61,869 nucleotides of DNA, filler included, from Parachlamydiales bacterium (GCA_020051075.1; 4 parts of 4 records of this genome joined end to end with filler, not necessarily neighbours in it), one strand, 5' to 3'. Positions 38,947 to 49,947 are shown, counted from the first letter of the whole stretch. Made by a program: numbers and translations. Notes: generated by a model from the sequence alone, not told the origin.

Positions 38947-39861
38947 GTGAACCGTGTTTTCCAACTTTTTTTAGCTCTTATTGTTTCAATCACACAGCTT
39001 CCGGCTGAAAATCATCTCCCAACTGTTATCAATGGAACCGGTTTGGATACGATCAACCGATTCTTTGCTGATTTCTCTCATTTCGAGCATTGCATTCCCC
39101 CAAAAAAAAAGAGAAAGAAAAGAAAAAAACATAAAAAACGGATCTGCTGTGTTCGGGGTCCAATAGGGCCCACAGGGGCTACGGGAATAACAGGTCCTAC
39201 AGGAGCTGTTGGGCCGACGGGACCAGCCGGTGCTTCTGGATCGATTGGTCTGACAGGAGCCATGGGACCCGTCGGACCTCAAGGGCCAACAGGGCTCACC
39301 GGAGCGCAAGGACCTCAAGGTCCAGCTGGGAGTACAGGAGCGACAGGATCTTCATTTATAGGCAGTTATTTCTATGTCTATTTGTCAAATTTTGGCGAAA
39401 TCTCTGTAACCTCGCCAACGAACCCCGTTCAAACATTGATTCCATTTAACACCAGCGGCCCAGTTTCCCCAGACTGGACCTTACCCGCACTTCCAAGCGA
39501 CACTTTTACGATTCCCAAAACTGGGAAATATTACATTTCATTTCAGTCAAATTTTGAATTTTATGCCTTCCAAATTCTCTATGAACTTAATATCCTAGTG
39601 AATTCTGTCGCTGCCGCAGGAACAGACGTTTATACCGAGGCTGTCCAAGATGTCATGCAGACAGGTGTCGTTATCCAGATTGACGAGCAATTAGGAAGCA
39701 GCTGTATCCTTGATCTTGCTCAAGGAGACTCAATTTCAGTTAAAATGTCGCTTTGGTTTCCATCATTTTATTCAAGTGCTGAACTCATTATTCCAGCATC
39801 GACAAACTTCTCTCCTTATACAAGTGCTCGGTTATCAATAGTATTAATTGAAGAAGGGTAA
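38947..39861 (+). CDS. Collagen-like protein 1 (signal peptide, basic/Cys linker, 22 Gly-X-Y, C1q/BclA-like head)
   Basis: [16 protein letters not shown] then GPI...[16 protein letters not shown] and [12 protein letters not shown]. Confidence 0.88.
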   Translation: MNRVFQLFLALIVSITQLPAENHLPTVINGTGLDTINRFFADFSHFEHCIPPKKKRKKRKKHKKRICCVRGPIGPTGATGITGPTGAVGPTGPAGASGSIGLTGAMGPVGPQGPTGLTGAQGPQGPAGSTGATGSSFIGSYFYVYLSNFGEISVTSPTNPVQTLIPFNTSGPVSPDWTLPALPSDTFTIPKTGKYYISFQSNFEFYAFQILYELNILVNSVAAAGTDVYTEAVQDVMQTGVVIQIDEQLGSSCILDLAQGDSISVKMSLWFPSFYSSAELIIPASTNFSPYTSARLSIVLIEEG

Positions 39862-39908
39862 ATTTAGTGGAAGATAGGTCATGATTAATCACAGGAGCAC
39901 CTCTTAGA

Positions 39909-40793
39909 ATGTCAATGATTTCAAAATTTATCTCATACACCCCTTTAGCAAAGCTTCTGATTTTTTTGCTTTATTGCCATCGGATTGAAGCTGACGCTAA
40001 TGTTCAACATGATGTGGAAACTTTAAGTCAGAAAATTAAAGAAGCCTGTCCTAAACATCAGGATAAAATAAGAGGGGGGATGCGATGTTGTAGGGGGCGT
40101 ACAGGAGCTACGGGTCCAACTGGTATGACAGGAAGCCAAGGGTTTACCGGGGCTCAAGGGGCAACGGGAGCAAAAGGTCAAACTGGAGCGATAGGTCCAA
40201 CAGGCCTACAAGGGGCGACTGGGATGACGGGTTCCCAAGGGCTGACAGGTTTGATTGGTCCGACAGGAGCTATAGGACCGAGTGGGGTTTCGAGTTCTGG
40301 AAATTATCTTTATGCGTATAGAACGTCACAGTTTGAAGTCGATAATCTTACAAAAAACACTATTAGCAACTTCATTATTGGCTTTGAAGATTATGGTCCC
40401 ATTTCGTCAAATTGGTTGGGTCTGAACCCAACTCCAGGAGCTTCTTTCATTGTTCCACAAACAGGTGTCTATTTGGTTTCTTATGCTGTAGAGATATTCG
40501 AGATTATCAACTCCGACTTTGATTATCTAGAGTATCGCTTTCAATTAGTCACCCAACCAGGTGAAATTCCTATTGCAGGGACAGATATTGAGGAGCGATT
40601 TAAGACGACCAACCTAATCCAAACCACTTGTTTTGAAAATAGTGTTGTAGTGAATCTTACTGGAACTGACACGGTGGCATTGCAAGTGTCAACATATCCA
40701 AGTAATGACGGGTTTCAACTTCTCATTCCTACACAAGGTAATTATGCGCCAACATCAGCATCAATTTCATTTGTTCTCATCAACCCAACCTAA
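39909..40793 (+). CDS. Collagen-like protein 2 (22 Gly-X-Y, C1q/BclA-like head)
   Basis: RCCR then GRT...[16 protein letters not shown] and [12 protein letters not shown]. Confidence 0.88.
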   Translation: MSMISKFISYTPLAKLLIFLLYCHRIEADANVQHDVETLSQKIKEACPKHQDKIRGGMRCCRGRTGATGPTGMTGSQGFTGAQGATGAKGQTGAIGPTGLQGATGMTGSQGLTGLIGPTGAIGPSGVSSSGNYLYAYRTSQFEVDNLTKNTISNFIIGFEDYGPISSNWLGLNPTPGASFIVPQTGVYLVSYAVEIFEIINSDFDYLEYRFQLVTQPGEIPIAGTDIEERFKTTNLIQTTCFENSVVVNLTGTDTVALQVSTYPSNDGFQLLIPTQGNYAPTSASISFVLINPT

Positions 40794-40805
40794 TTGCGAG
40801 TTGTA

Positions 40806-41873
40806 ATGCCAATTAATAAAAAAAAATCAGAATATGTCAAATTTGCCTTATTAATGCTCATTTTTTTCCCTCTATCGACAATATGTTCTGAAATTCGTGA
40901 TGTTGATGAAATCGAAGCAGCTCTTCCCCTATCTTTCAGTCCTCTTGTCAACCTACACGATCTTACTCTTCGGTCTGGCAAAAAACATTCTCGCAAGTGC
41001 CATAAATGTCGCCCCTGTCATAAACGAAAGAAGGTCATCGGTCCTACCGGAGCTACGGGACCAATGGGAATACCTGGAGCAACAGGATTAATCGGGGTAA
41101 CAGGGCTTGCAGGAGCCACAGGCGAAGCAGGGAACATAGGGGCAACCGGGGCAATAGGATTAACGGGTGCTACAGGTGGAATAGGAATAACTGGGATTAC
41201 AGGTTCCACGGGACCTATAGGGTTGACAGGTCCGGAGACGACTGGATTTGACAATTACTTATTTGCTTATACAAGCAAGATAGTAAGTCAAAGTGGTTGT
41301 GGGAGTGAATGCGATCTTCTAATCGCCTATGAAACGATTCCAGCTGCATCTCAAAATTGGCTACTGATTAACCCCATCCCTCCGACTGGAATCGACACAT
41401 TCAATGTTCCTCAAAACGGTGTGTATTTATTCACCTATCATACGGAAATTCTTACTATGTTAGGTTGGGAGTATGCGATGGAAATCCTCGTTAATGGTTC
41501 CAGAGCACCAGGAACGGATCTGTTTGGATCAACGGCGTATATTAATGGTGGACTTCCTGAGGTTCAATTTGGATTTGTGCAGAATTTTGGAAAAACAGCT
41601 CTTGTGCAGTTGACAGCCGGGGAAACAGTGTCAATTAGATTAAAAACTCAATTATCTGGTCCTGGGTCGACAGAGCTCGTCGTGCCCCCACCTTGTGCAT
41701 TTCCTCGAGACAATCCCTGCACCCCGTTTTATAGTCCTTTTACAACAGGAACACTCTCCATTGTTCTTGTTGATGACAATCCTTCGCTTCTGAGATCTGT
41801 GACATCGGGTGCGGCATCTCCTCCGTTCAAAAAAACGGGTTCCCTCCGGAAATGTTCCTGTCAATCACCTTAA
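40806..41873 (+). CDS. Collagen-like protein 3 (22 Gly-X-Y, C1q/BclA-like head, Cys-containing tail)
   Basis: [13 protein letters not shown] then GPT...[16 protein letters not shown] and [12 protein letters not shown]. Confidence 0.88.
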   Translation: MPINKKKSEYVKFALLMLIFFPLSTICSEIRDVDEIEAALPLSFSPLVNLHDLTLRSGKKHSRKCHKCRPCHKRKKVIGPTGATGPMGIPGATGLIGVTGLAGATGEAGNIGATGAIGLTGATGGIGITGITGSTGPIGLTGPETTGFDNYLFAYTSKIVSQSGCGSECDLLIAYETIPAASQNWLLINPIPPTGIDTFNVPQNGVYLFTYHTEILTMLGWEYAMEILVNGSRAPGTDLFGSTAYINGGLPEVQFGFVQNFGKTALVQLTAGETVSIRLKTQLSGPGSTELVVPPPCAFPRDNPCTPFYSPFTTGTLSIVLVDDNPSLLRSVTSGAASPPFKKTGSLRKCSCQSP

Positions 41874-43172
41874 CAACGTCTCGATCGTAGCAGATAATCG
41901 GTTGACGCGATAGTCGTGAGAGGTGCGGTTGTTGCCGATGATGGGTGAAGTAAAAAACAGGGCGATAAGGCGGCGCTTGTCTTCGATCGTCAATGTTTTA
42001 TTTCTGTCGATGATGTTGAAAACAAAGTCTAGGCTATATTGACTGGGGCCGCGGTCCATTGTGAGCTGACATGTGGCATTGATAAAGTCTGGTTTATAAA
42101 TCATACGCAGTTCTTTCGCGATCATCGCATAAGTGATTTCAATGAATATCCCTTTTTGGATTGCGCTGAGGACTTGGATTTTGTCAAAATAGGTGGCCTG
42201 GACTTGATCGATCATCGTGGAGATGCGTTCATCCCAAGTTTCGGTTAAAAGCCCTTCAGGCCATTGGCTGTATTCGGGAGAAGAGAATAAATTCTGCTTG
42301 AAAGCAAGGATAAATTCTTCAGTATTATCCTTATCTTTCCAATCATTCTTTTGGTGATAAAAGTCTGAGCTTTTATCGAGAGTCCAAAGAATAAAAACAT
42401 CTTTGAATTCGTCGCTTTTTGCTAATTGATCCAGTTCTCTTACGTATCTTTTCACATTAACGTAGAGATGCTTTTTATTTAATTTCTTCAGGTGTCGAAG
42501 ATAAGACACGAAAATAGGGTCTATTGATTTTTCTGCGGATAATTTGTTCTCTAATACTGGATTATACATATAGAGGTAGGAAGTGGAATCAATTGTGAAG
42601 AGTGTTGAAGGGAGAAATCCATCGTATAAGAGATCGAATTTTTCAGGATTTGTAGAATAATGACCTTTATCCAAAAACTCTGTGGAGAGAGTCGTGTAAT
42701 GATCTAGAATAAGTTCAGGCAGGGGTTTGGACTCAATGGCTTCATCACTTAAGTCCAGATAGTGATGCAGAATTTTCTGTTGTTCAATGAAAATAGTGCT
42801 CTCTGCCAACACAAAGAAGGATAGGGCATCAATATCTTCAAGAACACGAGGATCGATTTCTTCTTTTTGCTCTATGTAATTGCGTAGAATTGAGATAAAG
42901 GCTTCATGTGTAGTTCTCTTTTCTTCCGGTGATGTGCCTGGCGCAACGACGAGAATTTTAATTTCTTCTGGCAAATATTCGAGTGTTTCAGCTTTTGTTG
43001 AGAGCTGCTGAAAGTAATGATCAGAAATAGTTGAAGTAAAAATGATTTCATAATCTTGTTTTATAGTTTCTTTTTCAACGGTTTCTTTTGCAATTAAAGA
43101 TGGATTAATTGATGAGAATATCGATACGATAAGATAAATGTAAAATAATACTGTAGATATTAATTTTTTCAT
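41865..43172 (-). CDS. Exported hypothetical protein with a CX5R phosphatase-like motif
   Basis: N-terminal signal peptide; [11 protein letters not shown] near the C-terminus. Confidence 0.6.
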   Translation of the reverse strand: MKKLISTVLFYIYLIVSIFSSINPSLIAKETVEKETIKQDYEIIFTSTISDHYFQQLSTKAETLEYLPEEIKILVVAPGTSPEEKRTTHEAFISILRNYIEQKEEIDPRVLEDIDALSFFVLAESTIFIEQQKILHHYLDLSDEAIESKPLPELILDHYTTLSTEFLDKGHYSTNPEKFDLLYDGFLPSTLFTIDSTSYLYMYNPVLENKLSAEKSIDPIFVSYLRHLKKLNKKHLYVNVKRYVRELDQLAKSDEFKDVFILWTLDKSSDFYHQKNDWKDKDNTEEFILAFKQNLFSSPEYSQWPEGLLTETWDERISTMIDQVQATYFDKIQVLSAIQKGIFIEITYAMIAKELRMIYKPDFINATCQLTMDRGPSQYSLDFVFNIIDRNKTLTIEDKRRLIALFFTSPIIGNNRTSHDYRVNRLSATIETLLR

Positions 43173-43507
43173 GTGTTGATTGTTTATTAAATTTTGTTGT
43201 TTTAATTTTGCACTATTCTAGAATTTTATGCAAATTTAAATCCATTTCAAAGAAATTTTGTAGGCAATTGTGGGTGAAAGAAAATTCGTAACTATTGCGA
43301 AGAGGGAAGGCAGACTAAACACAAGGATCTCTCACATCTTGGGAACAGGATATACAGGATCGCAAGCGGCAGGATGGACAGGCATTCGCATCAGGCTAAC
43401 TCGCTTTTCGTGCCCCTGCCCGTGCCCGAGTGTCCCTTTTCGAGAACGAGCCCGAGTGTCCGAAATTGTCTGAGAAACTCTGGAATATCGCTACCGTTCA
43501 CTACAAA

Positions 43508-43607
43508 NNNNNNNNNNNNNNNNNNNNNNNNNNNNNNNNNNNNNNNNNNNNTTAATTAATTAANNNNNNNNNNNNNNNNNNNNNNNNNNNNNNNNNNNNN
43601 NNNNNNN
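43508..43607. other. Artificial contig linker
   Basis: N-run with TTAATTAATTAA. Confidence 0.95.
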
Positions 43608-43857
43608 CGGGACACCAGCAGCAGAGACGCTACCAGCCGGCACACCAGCAGCAGAGATTCCCCCAGCAGGAGAGATTCCAGGAGGGACACTAGCAGCAGG
43701 GACGCTACCAGCCGGGACACCAGCAGCAGAGATTCCCCCAGCAGGAGAGATTCCAGGAGGGACACTAGCAGGAGAGACGCCACCAGCAGAGATCCCAGCC
43801 CCAGAGACTACACCCACAGGGACACCAGCCCCAGAGACTACACCCGCAGGGAATTAA
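43608..43857 (+). repeat. 15-bp-unit tandem repeat, probably the 3' end of a gene truncated by the gap (GTPAA/EIPPA pentapeptides)
   Basis: About 16 degenerate 15-mers with a 75-bp higher-order duplication; frame from 43609 is open to TAA 43855-43857. Confidence 0.7.
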
Positions 43858-43924
43858 AGAGAAAGACGCTTCGCGATGCCCGAGATAAATTTGGTCATGC
43901 GAAGCGGGCAAAAATGTTGACTAC

Positions 43925-44118
43925 AAAAAGCGAAAGAGGGCTTTCGCACTCCAAACGCCTCGCGTAACACAAATGTGGCTTCGCGAACCGTTTGGAGCGC
44001 GAAAGTCCTTTTTCGCTTTTCCTTCGAAAACTCTTTTTAAGTACCTGTGAGAGGGTAGGTGTCAGTGTTTGGCGAAAGCAAAGGGCTCCGGTTCAGTCCA
44101 GACTTATGCAATTACTTC
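43925..44118. repeat. Degenerate copy of the CGCGAAGCGTTTGGAGTGCG palindromic element
   Basis: aaagcgaaagagggctttcgcactccaaacg...cgtttggagcgcgaaagtcc, then aagtacctgtg...acttatgcaattacttc. Confidence 0.75.
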
Positions 44119-44280
44119 ATTTGGTTCTTGTCCCATCCCTTACGAAAATTTCTTTATTACTTCATTTGTTTCTAAAGTTAACTATTGATATAATTAAGAA
44201 AGATGATTAGTTAAGTGTTTAACATGTTTTTAAATTGTTGTTAGCGATTTTTAATGATAAAATAGTCAGTCATTATTTCT

Positions 44281-44309
44281 TTGACTTTTATTGACTAAAC
44301 AGCTAGATT
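44281..44309 (+). promoter_or_regulatory. Putative sigma66 promoter of the prfB operon
   Basis: TTGACT-N17-TAGATT. Confidence 0.5.
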
Positions 44310-44346
44310 GTTTTTCATTTGAACAACTCAAGGGGAGTAAAGGACA

Positions 44347-45442
44347 ATGAATAGTGAAACTCAGACCAAATTAAGAGAAATAGAAGAACGTCTCCTTCAT
44401 ATGTCGAGGTATCTTTGACTTAGCTTCTAAGGAAGCCCGCGTCAAAGAATTGGAAACTCTAATGGGAGGAGATGCTTTCTGGCAGGAGGCAGATCAAGCT
44501 CAAAAGGTGATTAACGAATGCAATCAGCTCCGGGCATGGACGGCTCCCTTTCACGATTTAAAAAAACGCTTTAACGACATCTCTGCTCTCTTGCCTGAAG
44601 CGTATGAATTGAATGAGACAGCTCTTGTCGATGAACTCCTTGCGGACCTGAATGACGTTGATCAAGGATTAAATGAGCTTGAAATGCGCCGGATGCTTTC
44701 TGGGGAAATGGACAGCAAGGCCTGCTATTTGTCGATCAACTCCGGTGCAGGAGGAACTGAAGCGTGTGACTGGGCTCTAATGCTCTCGAGGATGTATCAA
44801 CGGTGGGCTGCAAAGCGAGGATGGAAAGTTGAAGTTGTCGACTTTGTTGAAGGGGATGTGGTCGGGGTCAAAAGTATCATGCTGAAATTCAACGGCAGCT
44901 TTGCTTATGGTTATTCCAAAGCTGAAAAAGGGGTTCATCGCCTTGTTCGGATCTCTCCGTTTGACAGCAATGCCAAGAGGCATACCAGCTTTGCCTCCGT
45001 CGATGTGACGCCTGAGATCACTGACGATATTCAGATCGAGATCAAGCCTGAAGAAGTCCGCGTCGACACTTATCGCGCGTCGGGAGCCGGAGGGCAGCAC
45101 GTGAATAAGACGGATTCAGCAGTGCGGATGACACATCTTCCAACTGGTGTTACAGTCTCGTGTCAAGCTGAGCGGAGTCAGGTGCAGAACAGAGAGACCT
45201 GTTTGAAGATGCTCCGATCTAAGCTCTATGAGTTAGAGGTTCTTGAGCGAGAAAGAGCTATGAATGAATTGAAAGGGGAAAAAAAAGATAATGCATGGGG
45301 AAGTCAAATTAGAAATTATGTCTTCCAACCCTATACGCTAGTCAAAGATACCCGAACAAAAATGGAATCGGGCAATATCCAGGCTGTGATGGATGGGGAG
45401 TTAGATGATTTCATCTATGCTTATTTAAAGGAGTTTGGCTAA
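44347..45442 (+). CDS. prfB: Peptide chain release factor 2, programmed +1 frameshift at CTT-TGA-C (44413-44419)
   Basis: 23-codon ORF1 from ATG 44347, internal SD-like GAGGT, CTTTGAC; +1 frame has SPF and GGQ motifs. Confidence 0.97.
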
Positions 45443-45954
45443 TGGATCAGCACAAAGTAGAACTGCCTCCTGGAGTTGAGATCCGTTATACGGAACCCGG
45501 AGACGCCAAGCATCTAAAAGAGTGGTTGATGGAGCCGGAAACTGGCTGTTGGTTTCCTATGGACGGAGAAATGGAAGTCGACGATGCTGTCATGCGGTGG
45601 ATTGTTTTCCATCGTTACAAATGCACAATAACGATCTTGAAGGACGGCATTCCATGCGGGATTGCTACTCTGTATTTGCAGCCCTATCGGAAATTAGCAC
45701 ACCAATGTGAATTTGGAATCATCGTTGGGAAAAACTTTCGAAACCAAGGGATTGGCAGCTATCTCATGAGTAGTCTGATGAAGCTGGTTAAAGAAAAATT
45801 TAAAATCGAGCTGCTCCACCTCCAGGTTTATGGGGGAAATCCGGCGATCGAATTTTATAAACGTTTTGGATTCTCCGAGTTTGGCTGTCAGCAGTCGTGG
45901 ATAAAGGAAAAAGATGGGTATGCTGCTCGTGTATTTATGGAAAGGTTTTTGTGA
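45442..45954 (+). CDS. GNAT-family acetyltransferase
   Basis: FRNQGIGSYL acetyl-CoA motif, NPAIEFYKRFGF. Confidence 0.88.
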   Translation: MDQHKVELPPGVEIRYTEPGDAKHLKEWLMEPETGCWFPMDGEMEVDDAVMRWIVFHRYKCTITILKDGIPCGIATLYLQPYRKLAHQCEFGIIVGKNFRNQGIGSYLMSSLMKLVKEKFKIELLHLQVYGGNPAIEFYKRFGFSEFGCQQSWIKEKDGYAARVFMERFL

Positions 45955-45960
45955 ATTGGT

Positions 45961-46671
45961 ATGTTTTACGATCAACATAAAACGAAAATCATTCATCATA
46001 AGCTTGAGCAGAGTCTTGGCAAGAAGCTGTTGCTGAAGATCAACGATAACCGCTCGACGCTCTTAAGCGTTAAATGGGAACCTTCGTGCACAAGAGTGTC
46101 TCTGCACCACATGTTTTTGCAAGCGCCTCGTGATGTGATGAAGGCGCTGACATGTTACCTACGAGGGGGGAATAACAGGCTAGACCCCTCTATTAAAGCT
46201 TTCATCGAAACAGGGATTCAGAGCCTCGACTATTCCCATCAACTCGATCCTTCTAAACTTCAAGTTGCTGGCAAGGTCTATCACCTCCAAGAACTTTATC
46301 AACAAATCAACGAGACCTATTTCGATCGGCCGTTGGGTTTGAGGATCACTTGGTTTGGACACGGCAAGCGAACGACAAGCCGCAGAGTGACCTTCGGGTT
46401 GTTTCACGATGCTTTGCGGCTAATCAAAATAAATCGACTCCTCGATCATGCGCAATTTCCTGAGTATTTCGTCTCCTATGTGATCTATCACGAAATGCTG
46501 CATTATGTCTATCCGGCTTATGTTGATGAAACTGGGCGAAAGCAGATCCATAGTCCATCGTTTAAGAAGCAAGAGAAGAAGTTTAAATACTATCGTGAAG
46601 CAGAGCAGTGGATTAGAGAAAACCAATCATTATTATTTAAGGGAAGTAGGTTTCATTATGGCAGGTCATAG
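45961..46671 (+). CDS. SprT-like zinc metalloprotease-domain protein
   Basis: YVIYHEMLH (HExxH) plus downstream H; INETYF, ITWFG. Confidence 0.7.
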   Translation: MFYDQHKTKIIHHKLEQSLGKKLLLKINDNRSTLLSVKWEPSCTRVSLHHMFLQAPRDVMKALTCYLRGGNNRLDPSIKAFIETGIQSLDYSHQLDPSKLQVAGKVYHLQELYQQINETYFDRPLGLRITWFGHGKRTTSRRVTFGLFHDALRLIKINRLLDHAQFPEYFVSYVIYHEMLHYVYPAYVDETGRKQIHSPSFKKQEKKFKYYREAEQWIRENQSLLFKGSRFHYGRS

Positions 46672-47386
46672 TAAATGGGCAAACATCAAACACCGAAAAG
46701 GTAGAGCGGATGCCAAAAAAGGGAAGATCTTTTCCCGCGTTGCGAAAGAGATCATCAGTGCAGTTAAACTGGGTGGACCAGACCAGAAGTCAAACCCTCG
46801 CTTACGCCTTGCTCTGCAGAAAGCTAAAGCTGTTAATATGCCTAATGAGAATGTTGATCGCAACATCAAGAAGGCGTCGAGTGCCGACCAAGCTGATTAT
46901 CATGAGATGATGTACGAACTCTATGGCCATGGCGGCGTAGGAATCATTGTCGATGTGATGACCGATAATAAAAATCGCATTGCTTCTGAAATGCGGATAG
47001 CGACGAACAAAAGGGGCGGGAACATTGCCAGCCCAGGAGCTGTGGCCTTCAATTTCGATCGTAAAGGAGTCATACAGCTCTCAAAAAACCATGCTGTGGA
47101 GGATGAGTTATTTCTAGCTGCTAGTGAAGCAGGAGCCGAAGACTTCGAAGTGACCGATGACCTCTATATCATCACGACGGATCCGACTCAGCTCTACACA
47201 GTGAGAGATGCAGTCAACCAGCTTGGGATCAGCTGCGACCAAGCTGAATTGGAGATGATCCCGAAGAGCTACGTCGAATGCGATGCTGAAGCGGTAAAGG
47301 ATAATTTAGCGTTAATCGATTGGTTGGAAGAGCTTGAAGATGTTGACGCTGTCTACCACAATATGAAACTCCCTGATGACGCTTAA
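46658..47386 (+). CDS. yebC: YebC/PmpR-family protein
   Basis: MAGHSKWANIKHRK, YELYG, TDNKNR, EDVDAVYHN. Confidence 0.95.
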   Translation: MAGHSKWANIKHRKGRADAKKGKIFSRVAKEIISAVKLGGPDQKSNPRLRLALQKAKAVNMPNENVDRNIKKASSADQADYHEMMYELYGHGGVGIIVDVMTDNKNRIASEMRIATNKRGGNIASPGAVAFNFDRKGVIQLSKNHAVEDELFLAASEAGAEDFEVTDDLYIITTDPTQLYTVRDAVNQLGISCDQAELEMIPKSYVECDAEAVKDNLALIDWLEELEDVDAVYHNMKLPDDA

Positions 47387-48824
47387 ACGCATTAACTTAT
47401 CGAAATTTCCCTCAACCTTGCTGATGGAGATGGCGGGGAAATTCGCCCATCTTCCAGGCACCTGCCTTCTTTACTCTGGGGGCTGTGGCGACTCTGCGGA
47501 GCGTTCACTGCTCGCCCTTTTCCCTTATGAAACGATCATAGTGTTTGGTTCTGAAATTTGCCATCGCATGGGAAAAACGACCGCCTCGATGTGCGTCGAT
47601 GACTCTTGGGATGCTTTGCAGACATGTTTCTTCTCCAGGATCGAAGAAGATCCTGGTGAGATGGCTTTCGGGTGGTTCGGCTATGGGATGGCTGCCTCTG
47701 CCGACAAGGAAAAAGCGTTGCCCTACCGTCCGTCGGTCACTGCAGATGCCTTTTGGCAGCGTTGTGCGCTTGTTGTCATCGTCGACCATCGCACGGAAGA
47801 GGCTGAGGTGAAGATCTCAATGAATCAGGCTGTGATGGATGTCGTTGGAGGAGATGCCCTTAAATGGCTAGAGATGTTTTCTACAGCTGAGGGATGGCAA
47901 GAATATCTTCAACAGCTGAAACTGCACCCCTGCAATCATCGGGCCTTCACAACAAGCAAAGAACACATTTTTCATACTGGAGGCCATCGCCGATCAAGAT
48001 ATCTGGAAGATGTGCAACAAGCAAAACAGCTGATTTCTGAAGGGGAGATCTATCAAGTCAACCTCTCACAGGAATTTATCTTCGACGCACTCGAAGACCC
48101 CTTTTCGCTCTTCCATCAAATTAACCAACTCAACCCTGCTCCGTTTTCAACATTTTTTAATAGCGGCGACACCACGATCGTTTGCAGTTCTCCCGAACGA
48201 TTCTTATGCAAACGAGGGACTCGTTTAGAGACACGTCCGATCAAAGGGACGATCCCAAGAGGAAGAAATGGGGATGAAGATGCTGAAAATCGAGAAAAGC
48301 TGCTCACATCGACAAAAGAGCGGGCGGAGCTGTTGATGATCACCGATTTAATGCGGAACGATTTAGGCAAAGTGAGTGAGACAGGGAGCGTTGTTGTTCC
48401 TGATTTATATCGATGTGAAGCCTATACGAATGTCTTCCACCTCCTTTCTATCATCCAATCAGAAGCAGATGGACGCCATTCTTCGCTTGATATCATCCGC
48501 TCATCTTTTCCAGGCGGCTCCATCACCGGCTGTCCAAAGCTGCGGGCGATCGAAGTGATCGACGCCTTAGAGCTGAGGCCGAGAGGGATCTACACTGGCT
48601 CGATTGGTTATATCGTCGGAAACGGGGATTTCGATCTTAATATCACCATCCGCAGCTTGGTGATGCAAAAAGGGGGAAGCTCTTCGATACAACTGGGGAG
48701 CGGGATCTTGTTCGATTCCAACGCCGAAGATGAATACCGGGAGACTCTACATAAGGGATCGTCACTTTTTGATCTGCTCGGCCTGAGGGAAGCGCTACAA
48801 AGGGAAATTGATGGAATCATCTGA
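47376..48824 (+). CDS. pabB: Aminodeoxychorismate synthase component I (chorismate-binding family)
   Basis: GEIYQVNLS, SSPERFL, TRPIKGT, ELLMITDLMRND, FPGGSITGCPK; adjacent to a class IV aminotransferase. Confidence 0.82.
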   Translation: MTLKRINLSKFPSTLLMEMAGKFAHLPGTCLLYSGGCGDSAERSLLALFPYETIIVFGSEICHRMGKTTASMCVDDSWDALQTCFFSRIEEDPGEMAFGWFGYGMAASADKEKALPYRPSVTADAFWQRCALVVIVDHRTEEAEVKISMNQAVMDVVGGDALKWLEMFSTAEGWQEYLQQLKLHPCNHRAFTTSKEHIFHTGGHRRSRYLEDVQQAKQLISEGEIYQVNLSQEFIFDALEDPFSLFHQINQLNPAPFSTFFNSGDTTIVCSSPERFLCKRGTRLETRPIKGTIPRGRNGDEDAENREKLLTSTKERAELLMITDLMRNDLGKVSETGSVVVPDLYRCEAYTNVFHLLSIIQSEADGRHSSLDIIRSSFPGGSITGCPKLRAIEVIDALELRPRGIYTGSIGYIVGNGDFDLNITIRSLVMQKGGSSSIQLGSGILFDSNAEDEYRETLHKGSSLFDLLGLREALQREIDGII

Positions 48825-49617
48825 CTCGTGGGTCTTTCTGGATGGTCAGTACAAGCAGCAAGCGCTTGCTGTTCTCCCTGTTGCTGATCGCGGATTTCAG
48901 TTTGGTGACGGCGTCTTTACAACGGTGCGAGTGAGCCATGGGCAGCCAGAGCTGCTGTCATCACACCTTGAGAGGCTCTATCGGCATGCTGAGATTGTGG
49001 GATTTACCATTCCAGCAATCAACGTCAGCGCGATTGAAATGCTCATTGCGTTGAACGATGCCAAACAGGGGATTTGGCGGCTTAAAATCATTGCAACAGC
49101 ATCCGAAGAGGGAAGCAGGCGGTGCTTAGGACATGTATTGATGACACTGGCCCCTTACAAATGGCAGCCTTTCCGGCCGGTGCGGCTGGCGCTGTTCCCT
49201 CATCCGATGGAACGTCCGCTCGCGGAAGTGAAAAGCCTGTCATACCTGGATTATCTCTATGCTGAGCGGTGTGCGTTGCAGCAAGGAGCTGACGAAGCAC
49301 TCCTCTGCGGACGGGATGGGGTGATTCTTGAAACAAATCGATCGAATGTCTTCTGGATCCATGAGTCGACTTGTTTTATTCCCGACGAACGGCTTCCCTA
49401 TTTGAAAGGGGTTTTTCTTCAATACCTGAAAACCCTCATTCCTTTTCCGATTCAGTCTATCCAAGCCACCCTTGATGCTGTGCCGCGAACAGCCAACCTG
49501 TTTATTTGCAATGCAATGACCCATCTCAGGCCTGTCCTATCGATCGGGGAGCTCATCTTCAAGCAGAACGTGGAGATTGAAGGGATGTTGAAACGCTGTC
49601 TAGAAAGCGAGTTTTAA
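48808..49617 (+). CDS. pabC: Class IV aminotransferase family, probable aminodeoxychorismate lyase
   Basis: DRGFQFGDGVFTT, HLERL, EVKSLSY, ETNRSNVF. Confidence 0.75.
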   Translation: MMESSDSWVFLDGQYKQQALAVLPVADRGFQFGDGVFTTVRVSHGQPELLSSHLERLYRHAEIVGFTIPAINVSAIEMLIALNDAKQGIWRLKIIATASEEGSRRCLGHVLMTLAPYKWQPFRPVRLALFPHPMERPLAEVKSLSYLDYLYAERCALQQGADEALLCGRDGVILETNRSNVFWIHESTCFIPDERLPYLKGVFLQYLKTLIPFPIQSIQATLDAVPRTANLFICNAMTHLRPVLSIGELIFKQNVEIEGMLKRCLESEF

Positions 49618-49649
49618 AGGACCTAAAGGAAAGGGACAAGGGACCTCAA

Positions 49650-49947
49650 GAGGTAATTGCAGAAGTTTGGCCTGTACCTGCTTGAGCTTAGCTATTGCCC
49701 CCAACCAACTTTTATAAGCACACATGTTCTGATCAACAACCTTTGGTGGAAAAGCGAAAGGGGGCTTTCGCACTCCAAACGCTTCGCGTATCCAACAAAT
49801 CGTCTTGAATACGCGAAGCGTTTGGAGTGCGGAAGTCTTCTTCCGCTTTTCGATGGTCAATTTTAGCAAGGACCTGTGAGCTGATAAAAGTCTGTTTTCG
49901 GCGATAGCTCGCAGATCTGGTTCGCGCGCGACCTCTGCAATCACCTC
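49650..49947. mobile_element. 298-bp palindromic MITE/REPIN-like element with 17-bp terminal inverted repeats
   Basis: GAGGTAATTGCAGAAGT ... ACCTCTGCAATCACCTC (15/17 match); central hairpin about 49750-49850; related copies elsewhere in the window. Confidence 0.75.

Noticed and set aside
39078..41254. Antisense PVAPVGP-repeat ORFs
   Set aside because: Shadow frames of the collagen Gly-X-Y codons
43608..43857. Possible CRISPR array
   Set aside because: Contiguous 15-bp units with no unique spacers, and no cas genes
49600..49944. ORFs 49600..49944 (-) and 49657..49866 (+)
   Set aside because: They lie within the palindromic MITE-like element
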